Source: Eledone cirrhosa | Taxonomy: Eukaryota | Direction: 5' to 3' | Length of the DNA stretch: 64,000 nt | NCBI GenBank assembly: GCA_964016885.1 | Contig: OZ024752.1 | Coordinates: 46,438,001 to 46,502,000, forward strand | Shown here: positions 43,469 to 57,966 of the stretch, piece after piece | Layout of the letters: each line of letters opens with the position of its first letter | How positions within the stretch are numbered: position 1 is the stretch's first letter | Position numbers and translations under genes: made by a program | The notes under the pieces: generated by a model | What the model was told of the DNA's origin: nothing | The model's database searches: none | Seen by the model: the letters and a program-made list of their open reading frames with translations, nothing else

Positions 43469-43530
<62 letters not shown>

Positions 43531-43612
43531 TGTGTGTGTGTGTGTGTATATACTCACTGGTAATACAAGGCAACTTCTGAATATAACTGAATATATATAT
43601 ACACTCACACAG

Positions 43613-43647
<35 letters not shown>

Positions 43648-43894
43648 CCTCCAATAGAAGGTAACGTCTATAATTGCGTTTCTACTCACACGTATATATA
43701 TATATATAGGTGTATGTGTGTATATTTATGTATATATATATATATATAGGTGTATATTTATGTGTATATATATATATATATATATATTTGTGTACATGTG
43801 AGCTCTGGGTGGTAATTAGAAATTACAACGGCGTGGTTTTTTTACTTAGTAATATTCCTGTACTTGTATATATGTTAAATACTCTTGCTATATG

Positions 43895-43934
<40 letters not shown>

Positions 43935-44194
43935 CAAAAGTATTTAACACATCATATAACATATATGTTATATATACACACATATATATATATATATATA
44001 TACATACATATATATATATATAGTCTATGTTACTGTATATTATATATTAAATACGTCTTACATTGCTGTACAATAAAAACATGAACCGTCAACTCACTTC
44101 ACTCCAGTTATTTACTATTATTTCAATGTTCTAATTTTGGTGAATCTTATCTCATGACCAAACATTGTAACATTATAACTACTACTTCTACTAT

Positions 44195-44430
44195 TATAAA
44201 ATAAAGTACCAGTAATACACTGGGATAATTGCTAGCCTTGTGTCAAAAGTAGAAACAATTATAACTACTACTACTATTATAAAATAAAGTACCAGTAATA
44301 CACTGGGATAATTGCTAGCCTTGTGTCAAAAGTAGAAACAATTATAACTACTACTACTACTATTATAAAATAAAGTACCAGTAATACACTGGGATAATTG
44401 CTGGCATTGTGCCAAAAGTAGAAACAATTA
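44195..44430 (+). mobile_element. Three tandem SINE family 1 3' tails
   Basis: ataaaataaagtaccagtaatacactgggataattgct...agtagaaacaatta x3. Confidence 0.8.
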
Positions 44431-44493
44431 TTAACATAGACAAGTAACACATATACACATTCTCTCATATATATATACATACATGTGTGTGTG

Positions 44494-44545
<52 letters not shown>

Positions 44546-44912
44546 AGTTTCAGCGATCGGTGAAACTTCGAAGTCACTAAAACCTTCTTACTTGTGGAAA
44601 TATGTCTTATACCTTACATGTATTGAGTACTTGTTCATTTGAGAGTTTAACGCTTTGAACGCTGGTATTTAAAATATTACTGCCAGTAACATGTATAATA
44701 TATATGTGTATATATATGTATATATATGTGTATATATATGTATATATATGTGTATATATATGTATATATATGTGTATATGTATGTATATATATGTGTATA
44801 TGTATGTATATATATGTGTATATGTATGTATATATATATATATATGTGTATATATATGTGTATATGTATGTATATATATATATATATGTGTATATATATG
44901 TGTATATGTATG

Positions 44913-44943
<31 letters not shown>

Positions 44944-45468
44944 GTGTATATGTATGTATATATGTGTATATATATGTGTATATGTATGTATATATATGTA
45001 TGTATGTGTATATGTATGTATATATATGTATGTATATGTATATATGTGTATATGTATATATGTGTATATATATATATGTGTATATATATATATGTGTATA
45101 TATATATATATATATATGTGTATATATATATATGTGTATGTATGTATGTATATATGTGTATGTATGTATGTATATATATATATGTATGTATATATAAATA
45201 TATATGTATGTATATATAAATATATATGTATGTGTATATGTATGTATATATGTATGTGTATATGTATGTATATATGTATGTGTATATGTATGTATATATG
45301 TATGTATATATGTATGTGTATATGTATGTATATATGTATGTGTATATGTATGTATATATATATGTGTATATGTATGTATATATATATATATGTGTGTGTA
45401 TATATATCTGTGTGTGTGTATAGGTATATATATGTATGTAAAAGGTATACAGAAATAACAACACAATC

Positions 45469-45521
<53 letters not shown>

Positions 45522-45789
45522 TGTGTGTGTGTGTATATATATGTGTGTGTGTGTATATATATGTATGTGTGTGTATATATATGTATGTGTGTGTATATAT
45601 ATGTATGTGTGTGTATATATATGTGTGTATATATATATGTATGTGTGTGTGTATATATATGTATGTGTGCATATATATGTGTATTTATGAATGAGTATGT
45701 GTGTATATGTATGTATGTATGTATATATGTGTGTGTGTGTGTGTATATATATATGTTGTAACAGTAATTATTACGTTGTCTGTGATATA

Positions 45790-47372
45790 TTAAGACCACT
45801 ATTCAACATAGTACCCGTATCTCTACCATAGTACTGTTATGATATAGTATAGTATGACCAACTGAAATGTTACTATTAAGACCACTATTCAACATAGTAC
45901 CCGTATCTCTACCATAGTACTGTTATGATATAGTATAGTATGACCAACTGAAATGTTACTATTAAGACCACTATTCAACATAGTACCCGTATCTCTACCA
46001 TAGTACTGTTATGATATAGTATAGTATGACCAACTGAAATGTTACTAGTAAGACCACTATTCAACATAGTACCCGTATCTCTATCATAGTACTGTTATGA
46101 TATAGTATAGTATGACCAACTGAAATGTTACTAGTAAGACCACTATTCAACATAGTACCCGTATCTCTACCATAGTACTGTTATGATATAGTATAGTATG
46201 ACCAACTGAAATGTTACTAGTAAGACCACTATTCAACGTAGTACCCGTATCTCTACCATAGTACTGTTGTGATATAGTATAGTATGACCAACTGAAATGT
46301 TACTAGTAAGACCACTATTCAACATAGTACCCGTATCTCTATCATAGTACAGTTATGATATAGTATAGTATGACCAACTGAAATGTTACTAGTAAGACCA
46401 CTATTCAACATAGTACCCGTATCTCTACCATAGTACAGTTATGATATAGTATAGTATGACCAACTGAAATGTTACTAGTAAGACCACTATTCAACATAGT
46501 ACCCGTATCTCTATCATAGTACAGTTATGATATAGTATAGTAAGAAGACCACTATTCAACATAGTACCCGTATCTCTATCATAGTACTGTTATGATATAG
46601 TATAGTATGACCAACTGAAATGTTACTAGTAAGACCACTATTCAACATAGTACCCGTATCTCTATCATAGTACTGTTATGATATAGTATAGTATGACCAA
46701 CTGAAATGTTACTAGTAAGAAGACCACTATTCAACATAGTACCCGTATCTCTACCATAGTACAGTTATGATATAGTATAGTATGACCAACTGAAATGTTA
46801 CTAGTAAGACCACTATTCAACATAGTACCCGTATCTCTATCATAGTACAGTTATGATATAGTATAGTAAGAAGACCACTATTCAACATAGTACCCGTATC
46901 TCTATCATAGTACTGTTATGATATAGTATAGTATGACCAACTGAAATGTTACTAGTAAGACCACTATTCAACATATTACCCGTATCTCTATCATAGTACT
47001 GTTATGATATAGTATAGTATGACCAACTGAAATGTTACTAGTAAGAAGACCACTATTCAACATAGTACCCGTATCTCTACCATAGTACAGTTATGATATA
47101 TTATAGTATGACCAACTGAAATGTTACTAGTAAGACCACTATTCAACATAGTACCCGTATCTCTATCATAGTACAGTTATGATATAGTATAGTATGACCA
47201 ACTGAAATGTTACTAGTAAGACCTCTATTCAACATAGTACCCGTATCTCTATCATAGTACAGTTATGATATAGTATAGTATGACCAACTGAAATGTTACT
47301 AGTAAGACCTCTATTCAGCATAGTACCCGTATCTCTACTATAGTACAGTTATGATATAGTATAGTATGACCA
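45790..47372. repeat. 86-bp intronic minisatellite
   Basis: taagaccactattcaacatagtacccgtatctctaccatagtactgttatgatatagtatagtatgaccaactgaaatgttactag. Confidence 0.97.
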
Positions 47373-47912
47373 ACGATCAAGATTAAATGGTTTCGATGGT
47401 GAAGCTTGACCGTCGGGCTTCCTACCCTATAATAATTATATATGTGAATGATGTAACTGTTATATATATATATATATATATATATAACTCTAAGGACGTA
47501 TCAAATACGTAGATAGGTATTTGTATATGTATATATATTTATTGTATATATATACATGTATATATATTTATTGTATATATATACATATACATATATTGTG
47601 TACATATATACGTATATATTGTGTATATATATATACGTATATATTGTGTATATATATATACGTATATATTGTGTATATATATATACGTATATATTGTGTA
47701 TATATATATACGTATATATTGTGTATATATATATACGTATATATTGTGTATATATATACGTATATATTGTGTGTATATATATATACGTATATTGTGTGTG
47801 TATATATATATATATATACGTATATATTGTGTATATATATATACGTATATATTGTGTGTATATATATATACGTATATATTGTGTGTATATATATATACGT
47901 ATATATTGTGCG

Positions 47913-47945
<33 letters not shown>

Positions 47946-48053
47946 TGTGCGTATATATATATATACATATATATATATATTGTGCGTATATATATATATA
48001 CATATTGTGTGTATATATAGATATACATATATATATTGTGTGTATATATTTTA

Positions 48054-48084
<31 letters not shown>

Positions 48085-48190
48085 TGTGTGTATATATAGA
48101 TATATAAATATATGTAGATAAATCTACCAAGAGTTTACGGTAGATATATAAATATATATTGTGTGTATATATAGATATATAAACATATAT

Positions 48191-48248
<58 letters not shown>

Positions 48249-48316
48249 ATGTGTATATATACATAAATATTGTATATATATATATATATGAATATGAATA
48301 TATATGTATATGAATA

Positions 48317-48363
<47 letters not shown>

Positions 48364-48696
48364 ATATATATAATACATACACAATAATATATATATATGA
48401 TGATGTAATGTGTGTGTATTTCTGTTTATGTGACTAAACTTTTTTCAGACTTAGTCTTAACTGTATTTCTGATAGTCACAGTTATTGCTAATGTCCGCTG
48501 GTTTGGTGGCTTTAAAATATTTATTTTAATTCACTTTTTACCCCGTTTAACGAATACTACAGCAAAAATATATATATATATATATATAAACCTATATATA
48601 TATATATACACATATATAATACACAATATATATATACATATATATATATATGCCTAGACGTACACGTTTCAATTTCCTGTATATTTGTAAGAAAAC

Positions 48697-48760
<64 letters not shown>

Positions 48761-48782
48761 GTATGTGTGTGTATAAGAAAAA

Positions 48783-48822
<40 letters not shown>

Positions 48823-49201
48823 GTGTGTGTTTATACATACACATGTATGTATATTATATTTCTTACATTTATCCTAATTCAGTCACAGATAATGTTTGTT
48901 TTCATTAGACTGTGTGTGTGAGTGTGGGCCTATGTATCTGTGTGTGTATCAGTGTGTCTGCGAGTCTGTGTGTATATGTGTGTGTGTCTCTGTGTGTATA
49001 TGTGTGTATCAGTGTGTCTGTGTGTATATATGTGTGTGTGTATATATGTGTGTGTCTGTGTGTATATGTGTGTGTCTGTGTGTTTATATATAGTTTTAAG
49101 AATTCTCTACCATTTCCGTTATTTCTGTAAATATTCTTCAAACACTACACCCAAAAAAACTACACACACATATATATATTACACCCACATTAGAACCCCA
49201 C

Positions 49202-49237
<36 letters not shown>

Positions 49238-49357
49238 TGTGTGTATTTTATTATATACTTATATATAAAATAAAGTACCTGTAACGTACTGGGGTCGATT
49301 TAAACGACTTTGCCCTCCCACCCAAAAGATTATTGGCCTTGTGCCTAAAACAAATCA

Positions 49358-49461
49358 TATCCCGCCGAGGTTAACTTTGCCTTTCATCCTTACGGGGTCA
49401 ATAAAATAAAGTACCAGTAATGCACTGGGGTAATTGCTGGCCTTGTGCCAAAAGTAGAAAC

Positions 49462-49466
<5 letters not shown>
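49358..49466 (+). mobile_element. SINE family 1, 3' half
   Basis: Matches the consensus. Confidence 0.8.
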
Positions 49467-49499
<33 letters not shown>

Positions 49500-49539
49500 A
49501 CTACATTCAAACTACATACACACACACATATATATATAT

Positions 49540-49668
49540 AAATGAATGTATTCATTTATTAATATTTTGAATAATATTAATAACTCCAGAAAACTTTACT
49601 GTAGAGTGCTTTTAATCTATTGTAAAACTATATTCATTGAGTAATCAATGAACCATATTAATCTTTGG

Positions 49669-49730
<62 letters not shown>

Positions 49731-49834
49731 AACACTACGCGTTTACACAACTTACACCCTATTCTTTTTACTTTCTTTACAAACCATTATTTTAGTATTT
49801 TAGTTGCTTAAAAAGAAATTCTTTAACTTTTAAA

Positions 49835-49868
<34 letters not shown>

Positions 49869-50106
49869 ATAAATGGAAACTATATTTATAAAACCATATT
49901 TATAAAACTATATTTATAAAACCATATAATATTCTATTATATATATTTCAAGGTTTCAAGGGTACCAAAACTGTCGAGTGCTCTGAATCAGTTATAAACA
50001 TTTATATTGAATTTCCAACAAATTAAATATCCCTTCCACTTTATATATATATATATCAGTTATAAATATTTACTAGTTGTAACCCAACAATTTTAAATAT
50101 AACTTT

Positions 50107-50151
<45 letters not shown>

Positions 50152-50370
50152 GACACAGACACAGACACACACAGACACACACAGACACACACAGACACAC
50201 ACAGACACACACAGACACACACAGACACACATGTATGATCAAATGTTAAACAAGGTTCATTGATTATTCAATGAATACAGTTTTACAATCGATTAAAAGC
50301 ACTCAACAGTAACGTTTTCTGAAGTTATTAATATTCATATAATATTACACATATGAATACATATGTATAA
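49540..50370. repeat. Diverged inverted pair (~125-bp arms, ~570-bp spacer)
   Basis: 49540-49665 versus 50240-50370 (e.g. gagtgcttttaatc..ttgtaaaact / agttttacaa..gattaaaagcactc). Confidence 0.7.
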
Positions 50371-50714
50371 TATATATATATATATATATTTTTTCTGTCC
50401 TATTTCACGAGTTTGTCGACTTTTTCTAAAGATGAATTAATGCTTCACGTGAATATTTCTCTCCATTGTTTTGAACTTCTAACAGAGAAGATTCTGTTAA
50501 ACTTTTTTTAGTTCTATCAATTGGTGCAGTCTTTTTGTTGTTTTTTGCATTATTATTGTGTGTTGTGGTGGTTTTTTTTTTTTTTAGAGTTTTGTTATTT
50601 TAGCCATTGCAATGTCAAGGCCATGAAGCACTGAGTTACTAGTTTCTTGGATAGTGTGTGTTGTTGTTTTTCTGTGTGATGCAAAACCACCACCCGTTTC
50701 TTTGATACAAAATC

Positions 50715-51875
50715 ATCACCATCGTCATTTACCATCATCGTCGTCATCATCATCATCATCTTCACCATCACCATCACTACCATCACCACCACCACCACCG
50801 TCATTACCATCATCATCATCATCTTCACCATCACCATCACTACCATCACCACCACCACCACCGTCATTACCATCATCATCATCATCTTCACCATCACCAT
50901 CACTACCATCACCACCACCACCACCGTCATTACCATCACCATCATCATCTTCACCATCACCATCACTACCATCACCACCACCACCACCGTCATTACCATC
51001 ATCATCATCTTCACCATCACCATCACTACCATCACCACCACCACCACCGTCATTACCATCATCATCATCATCTTCACCATCACCATCACTACCATCACCA
51101 CCACCACCACCGTCATTACCATCACCATCATCATCTTCACCATCACCATCACTACCATCACCACCACCACCACCGTCATTACCATCATCATCATCTTCAC
51201 CATCACCATCACTACCATCACCACCACCACCACCGTCATTACCATCATCATCATCATCTTCACCATCACCATCACTACCATCACCACCACCACCACCGTC
51301 ATTACCATCATCATCACCATCACTACCATCACCGTCATTACCATCACCATCACTACCACCACCGTCACTACCATCACCATCACTACCACCACCGTCATTA
51401 CCATCACCATCACTACCACCACCGTCATTACCATCACCATCACTACCACCACCGTCATTACCATCACCGTCATTACCATCACCATCACTACCATCACCGT
51501 CATTACCAACACCACCACCATGACCATCACCACCACCGTCATTACCATCACCATCACCACCGTCATTACCATCACCATCACTACCACCACCGTCATTACC
51601 ATCACTACCACCACCGTCATTACCATCACCATCACTACCACCACCGTCATTACCATCACCATCACCACCGTCATTACCATCACCATCACTACAGGCACCA
51701 TCACCACCATCATTACCAACACCATCACTACCACCACCACCACCATCATTACCAACACCATCACTACCACCACCACCACCACCATCACTACCAACACCAC
51801 CACCATAACTACAACCACCACCACCGTCACTACCATCACCGCCACCACATCATCATCATCATCATCATCATCATA
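50715..51875. repeat. (CAT/CAC)n-derived compound repeat with ~60-63-bp higher-order units
   Basis: Triplet-based; gives spurious Pro/Ser and Val/Met ORFs. Confidence 0.9.
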
Positions 51876-52172
51876 CGTCCGTTGTTCCAAACTTTCATGG
51901 GTTGGACGTTCCCTCCCAGTTCCAGCCTCTCCCCACAAACTTCTTATTCTAACGTGTGTGATATATTTATCTAAAAGAAACCTTCCTTCCTAATGTTATG
52001 CAAGAACATCACAAGCTCCGAACACCAACTTAACGATGAGAAAGTTTATTATTTCAGTGATTATATTTATTAAATCTCACTAAATTCTTCATTATTTTCA
52101 AAATTATTTGAAAATTATTGGCAGTATCTTTCATTCTTTAGAAATATGACAAAACTGTTAAAGATCTTCCGG

Positions 52173-52353
52173 TGGCAGTATCGGTAGAGGGTCGGACGCC
52201 ATGCTTTGATGCATAGAGTTACGGCCCTTGCCATTCTGAGTTCAAATCCCGCCGAGGTTAACTTTGCCTTTCATCCTTACGGGGTCGATAAAAATAAAGT
52301 ACCAGTAATGCACTGGGTAATTTCTGGCCTTGTGCCAATAGTAGAAACAATTA
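52173..52353 (+). mobile_element. SINE family 1, near full length
   Basis: Matches the consensus. Confidence 0.85.
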
Positions 52354-52467
52354 TATATATATATTCATATCTATCCATCTATGTAAATAGAATCGAAGCC
52401 CGTTCTCTACCAACACACTTTTATTTACATACTAGTGAGCCCGTATCAGCAAAATTTACGTCAACTC

Positions 52468-52499
<32 letters not shown>

Positions 52500-52513
52500 A
52501 CAAGTGACATAAA

Positions 52514-52560
52514 CAGGTACTCAAGTTTCGTTGGGTTCTGGGCCCAACTCATTCAGCCTG
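52514..52560 (-). ncRNA. Hammerhead variant with 8-nt core (CUGAAUGA), family B
   Basis: Minus strand: cagg-CTGAATGA-gttggg cccagaa cccaac-GAAA-cttgag-TA-cctg. Confidence 0.65.
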
Positions 52561-52581
52561 ACATGTTTTTATTTTTCTCAT

Positions 52582-52633
52582 GACAGGCTGCATGAGTTGG
52601 GGCCCAGAACCCAGCGAAACTTGAGTACCTGTC
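52582..52633 (+). ncRNA. Hammerhead variant with 8-nt core (CUGCAUGA), family B
   Basis: gacagg-CTGCATGA-gttggg...cccagc-GAAA-cttgag-TA-cctgtc (6-bp stems I and II). Confidence 0.6.
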
Positions 52634-52868
52634 TATGTCCCCGTTGTAATTATTAATATATATACACATAAATAATGAATCAAAATATATCAAATATGTT
52701 TAGAATTTTGTGTTTCTCGATAAGCAAGCTCAATAAACTTTGTCTAGAGCCATAATAACAAAATAAAGAGATACATAGCGATATATGGGCTCTTTCTCTC
52801 TCTGTACATACATATATCTCTTTATTTAGTTATATATGTGTATACACGCACGCACGCACGCACGCGCA

Positions 52869-52904
<36 letters not shown>

Positions 52905-53209
52905 GTCCCAAAAAATGTATACACACTTCAACAGCATTCTAAATATTGCCTATTCAGATAATCAAGTTGGGGAGATGCCCTGTGTATATATATTGACTGC
53001 TACTAAAACTATGAAGTTTATCACTCTGGTGACCCAGCAGGGCCAAAATCATTTACATACAGAACAAGATCTCCCAAAGTAATAACAACAACAGATGCAA
53101 CAATACTAGGGACAAAACACCAGCTCCAAAGAGGAGTCCTCTTTGAAAACAGCTCTCCAGCATCTCTCACCAAATGCCAGTGCGTGAACACAGATCCATG
53201 GATGGCCCA

Positions 53210-54225
53210 CACCGCCATTGGGTGGCCTACACCACCATGGGATGGCCTACATCACCAAGGGGTGGACCACATCAACAAGGAGCTGTCCACATCACCAAGG
53301 AGCTGTCCACACCACCAAGGAGCTGTCCACACCACCAAGGGGTGGACCACATCACCAAGAGGTAACCCACATCACCAAGAGGTAACCCACACTACCAGGA
53401 GATGGTCCACACCACCAATGAACAGCCAACAATCTCAAGGGGTGGCCCACACCACCAGGGGGTGGCCCACACCACCAGGGGGTGGCCCACACCACCAGGG
53501 GGCGGCCCACACCACCAGGGGGCGGCCCACACCACCAGGGGGCGGCCCACACCACCAGGGGGCGGCCCACACCACCAGGGGGCGGTCCACACCACCAGGG
53601 GGCGGACCACACCACCAAGAGGCGGACCACATCACCAAGGGGCTGTCCACACCACCAAGGAGCTGTCCACACCACCAGGGGGTGGCCCACGCCACCAGGG
53701 GGCGGCCCACACCACCAGGGGGTGGCCCACACCACCAGGAGGCGGTCCACACTACCAAGGGGCAGACCACATCACCAAGGGGCGGACCACATCACCAAGG
53801 AGTGGACCACATCACCAAGGAGTGGACCACATCACCAAGGAGCGGACCACATCACCAAGGAGCTGCCCACACCACCAGGAGCTGCCCACACCACCAGGGG
53901 GTGACCCACACTACCAGGAGATGGTGCACACCCCCGAATGGACAGCCAACAATCTCAAGGGGCGGCTCACACCACCAGGGGGTGACCCACACTACCAGGA
54001 GATGGTCCACACCCCAATGGACAGCCAACAATCTCAAGGGGTGGCGCACACAGCAGGAGATAGTCCACACCACCAATGGACAGCTAACAATCTCAAGGGG
54101 CGGCCCACACCACCATAGGGTGGCGCACACAGCAGGAGATGGTCCACACTACCATGGGGCACCTCCATACAACCAAGGGGTGGCCCAAATCACCAATGGA
54201 CAGCCAACACTCTTAAGGGGTGGAA
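53210..54225. repeat. GC-rich 20-bp minisatellite
   Basis: cacaccaccagggggcggcc and variants. Confidence 0.9.
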
Positions 54226-54339
54226 TATGCTATGCTCAATTAAATAACTGTACCAAATGACACCATGACTTGGTGTAATAAATCTTTATAAATTACATTT
54301 CCCCAGATTTATTGGCTATTCTAAATATGTAAGTATATA

Positions 54340-54385
54340 CATACATACATGCATATGTGTATATGTGTGTTTATATATATGCATA

Positions 54386-54418
<33 letters not shown>

Positions 54419-54467
54419 CTGTATACCCACTCACATACATGTATATGTGTGTTTATATATATGCATA

Positions 54468-54500
<33 letters not shown>

Positions 54501-54633
54501 CTGTATACCCACTCACATACATGCATATGTGTATATGTGTGTTTATATATATGCATATGTGTGTATATATATATATATCTGTATACCCACTCACATACAT
54601 GCATATGTGTATATGTGTGTTTATATATATGCA

Positions 54634-54672
<39 letters not shown>

Positions 54673-54827
54673 CTGTATACCCACTCACATACATGCATAT
54701 GTGTATATGTGTGTTTATATATATATGCATATGTGTGTGTGTATATATATATCTGTATATATATATATATCTGTATACCCACTCACATACATGCATATGT
54801 GTATATGTGTGTTTATATATATGCATA

Positions 54828-54868
<41 letters not shown>

Positions 54869-54923
54869 CTGTATACCCACTCACATACATGCATATGTGT
54901 ATATGTGTGTTTATATATATGCA

Positions 54924-54964
<41 letters not shown>

Positions 54965-55070
54965 GTATACCCACTCACATACATGCATATGTGTATATGT
55001 GTGTTTATATATATATGCATATGTGTGTGTATATATATATCTGTATATATATATATGTATACCCACACAC
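54340..55070. repeat. Compound ~80-100-bp repeat with variable (GT)/(AT) tracts
   Basis: atctgtatacccactcacatacatgcatatgtgtatatgtgtgtttata. Confidence 0.85.
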
Positions 55071-55137
55071 ATACATGTATTTACTATGTAGGTGACCTTA
55101 TATAGACATATGTTTGTCATTTATGTAAATGTTCTTG

Positions 55138-55188
<51 letters not shown>

Positions 55189-55305
55189 CTGTTACGTAGA
55201 CTTTTGTAAATAGGTGTTATATTCTGTGTATATATATGCCGACTATTTAGATGACTAGGTGTGCCTTGCTATAGAGATGTACTATATATATATATATATA
55301 TATAT

Positions 55306-55630
55306 GGAGGCACATGGCTTAGTGGTTAGAGCATTGGCCTTGCAATCGAAAGGTTGTGAGTTCAATTCTCAGACCGGGTGATGTGTTGTTTCCTTGAGCA
55401 AGACACTTTATTTCACATTGCTCCAGTTTACTCAGCTGTAGAAATGAGATGATAGGGACTGGGGTTCATATCATTCCACTGCAAAGTGGTCGTGGAGGTG
55501 CCACGGCAAAAACCACCCAGCACTCACTGTAAATGAGGTTGGTGTTAGGAAGGGCATCCAGCTGTAGAAATCAAACCAGAATCAGTTCCCGTCCCACCCT
55601 TGCAAGCAGGGAAAAAGCAGACGTAAAATG
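55306..55630 (+). mobile_element. Full-length tRNA-derived SINE (family 2)
   Basis: A box tggcttagtgg, B box gagttcaattc, CORE-like ccttgagcaagacactt, 3' ggaagggcatccagctgtagaaa and a short atgatga tail. Confidence 0.8.
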
Positions 55631-55659
55631 ATGATATTTTCATTTCATTCGTTTCATTT

Positions 55660-55984
55660 CATTTTTACGTCCACTTTTCCCTGCTTGCAAGGGTGGGAAG
55701 GGAACTGGTTCTGGCTTGATTTCTACAGCTGGATGCCCTTCCTAACACCAACCTCATTTACAGTGAGTGCTGGGTGGTTTTTGCCGTGGCACCTCCACGA
55801 CCACTTTGCAGTGGAATGATATGAACCCCAGTCCCTATCATCTCATTTCTACAGCTGAGTAAACTGGAGCAATGTGAAATAAAGTGTCTTGCTCAAGGAA
55901 ACAACACATCACCCGGTCTGAGAATTGAACTCACAACCTTTCGATTGCAAGGCCAATGCTCTAACCACTAAGCCATGTGCCTCC
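55660..55984 (-). mobile_element. Inverted, near-identical copy of SINE family 2
   Basis: Reverse complement of 55306-55630, with only a few differences near the centre. Confidence 0.85.
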
Positions 55985-56331
55985 ATATATACATATATAT
56001 ATATATACATATGAAAATGATGGTGCAGTATATGTATGTACAGTAGTGAGTTAGTCAGTGCAGGTGTCCTTGGTAACCTGTATTGATATTATCAAGAAGA
56101 TAAATACCAGCCACCCCCACCTCTTTCCTTCCTCCTTGATTAAATCAACACGCACTCAACCACAACAATGAATTACATAATAATAATTATTTTATTTATT
56201 GGTCACAAGGACCGACATGTAGGGTACTATACAAAGACAGGGACAGTGGGGGGTTTTACAATAAGGGCGAGTAAAAGTGGACAAGGGCGAGACTAACTTA
56301 ACAATGAAGATATAAAAATATAATAATAATA

Positions 56332-56485
56332 ATAATTGTTTCTACTTTAGGCACAAGGCCAGCAATTAATCCAGTGTATTACTGGTACTTTATTTTATCG
56401 ACTCCCGTAAGGATGAAAGGCAAAGTCAACCTCGGCGGGATTTGAACTCAGTCCGTAAAGCGCCGTAACTCTTTGCTCTTAAGCA
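56332..56485 (-). mobile_element. SINE family 1
   Basis: Matches the consensus; (AAT)n tail. Confidence 0.8.
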
Positions 56486-56493
56486 CAAGATAG

Positions 56494-56673
56494 GGTCCTC
56501 AACCTATCTAAGGAATATATGTAAACAGGATCTGGTCCTCAACCTATCTGAGGAATATATGTAAACAGGATCTGGTCCTCAACCTATCTGAGGAATATAT
56601 GTAAACAGGATCTGGTCCTCAACCCATCTGAGGAATATATGTAAACAGGATCTGGTCCTCAACCTATCTGAGG
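56494..56673. repeat. 40-bp tandem repeat (~4.5 units)
   Basis: ggtcctcaacctatctgaggaatatatgtaaacaggatct. Confidence 0.9.
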
Positions 56674-56955
56674 CATTGGTGGCTCTGATTAAGTCCTGAC
56701 TTGGTTTGTGACAACATCCAACTCTTACCTAGCAGGGGAATGGCTGTTAAATAATAATTAAACAGGTAACAAAAGTAAAAATAACAGAATTTCTCAAGGG
56801 AAGAGAGCACCACCCAGGAGTAATTAAGGAACCCCAATCACCAAGGGTACCTTGTGCATGTACCTCTATTTAACTTCATTCTTTCCACCCTACAAGTACA
56901 TGCTTTGGAGGACCTTTCACTTGAACCATTTTTACTATATTCACCCAGCTTTTAA

Positions 56956-57165
56956 CCCTTTAGCATTCACATTACTCTATATTTACTATTGTATTTTCAT
57001 GGTAAAGGCTTTACCTCACATAATTACCTCACATAATATCGAATCTATGAGATTTTGAAAGTATTTATTTTGAGAACAATACCTTAACATCAGTATGAGC
57101 GACCAGTTACAGCCAGTTTCAACAGAAAGAGGTAGAGAATTCTGGCCGGTTTGAACATTAAAGGG
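56956..57165. mobile_element. piggyBac-type MITE
   Basis: TTAA|CCCTTTAGCATTCA ... TGAACATTAAAGGG|TTAA. Related fragments at 24800-25010 and 60805-60925. Confidence 0.65.
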
Positions 57166-57771
57166 TTAACAAATTTACAGGAGGGCTAGACTTTCACTTT
57201 CCACACCCACTTTTCTTTCTAAATGAGACTTTAGAAAGTCAATGAGGACTTGGTTAGAGAGGAATGTCTGCCTGCAGTCCCTCCAACCTCGCCCACCACA
57301 AATATTAACCACAAGTGCTTGCACATAGAATACAGTAAACACAGGAGTTACAGTAATATGTGTGGGGTTAGACAATGTTATATATAATACAGTAAACATC
57401 ATAAAGATAGGGGTTACAATACATGTGGGCCTGGACAGACAGGATTTATAAATATATATAACACACACAACACAACTAGGTACCACATTACCTAGAGTAC
57501 CGCAGGATTTGGTGTCCCCGAAAATGTATGCACACTTCAACAGCATTCTAATAAATATTGCCTGTACAGGTAATCAAAGAGTGTATACATTTTTGGGGGA
57601 CACCATACAACACACAGAAAATAACATTAGGTACCACACATATTACCTAGAGTACCTCAGGATTTACAAATACTGGGTGTCCCCCAAAAATGTATACACA
57701 CGTCAATAGCTTTCTAATAAATATTGCCTGTACAGGTAATCAAAGAGTGTATACATTTTTTGAGGACACCA

Positions 57772-57966
57772 TATAACTACTAGGTACTGTACACATATAT
57801 AGAGTACCCCAGGACTTACATATAACTACTAGGTACTGTACACATATATAGAGTACCCCCAGGACTTACATATAACTACTAGGTACTGTACACATATATA
57901 GAGTACCCCAGGACTTACATATAACTACTAGGTACTGTACACATATATAGAGTACCCCAGGACTTA
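57772..57966. repeat. 49-bp tandem repeat (4 units)
   Basis: ataactactaggtactgtacacatatatagagtaccccaggacttacat. Confidence 0.9.

Larger units (their letters stand above)
52495..52652. mobile_element. Family B inverted element with two divergent hammerheads
   Basis: taattacaa..gacataaacaggtactcaagtttcg...cgaaacttgagtacctgtctatgtc..ttgtaatta. Confidence 0.75.

Noticed and set aside
50595-51993. 447-aa Val/Met and 289-aa Pro/Ser extensin-like ORFs
   Set aside because: Stop-free by-products of a (CAT/CAC)n repeat inside the SIK intron.
53184-54260. 358-aa GGPHHQ-repeat ORF
   Set aside because: The 20-bp unit is not a multiple of three, and the region is open in several frames on both strands, as expected for a minisatellite.
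55306-55378. Possible tRNA gene
   Set aside because: The tRNA-like head continues into SINE body and tail, and no complete cloverleaf acceptor stem is seen.
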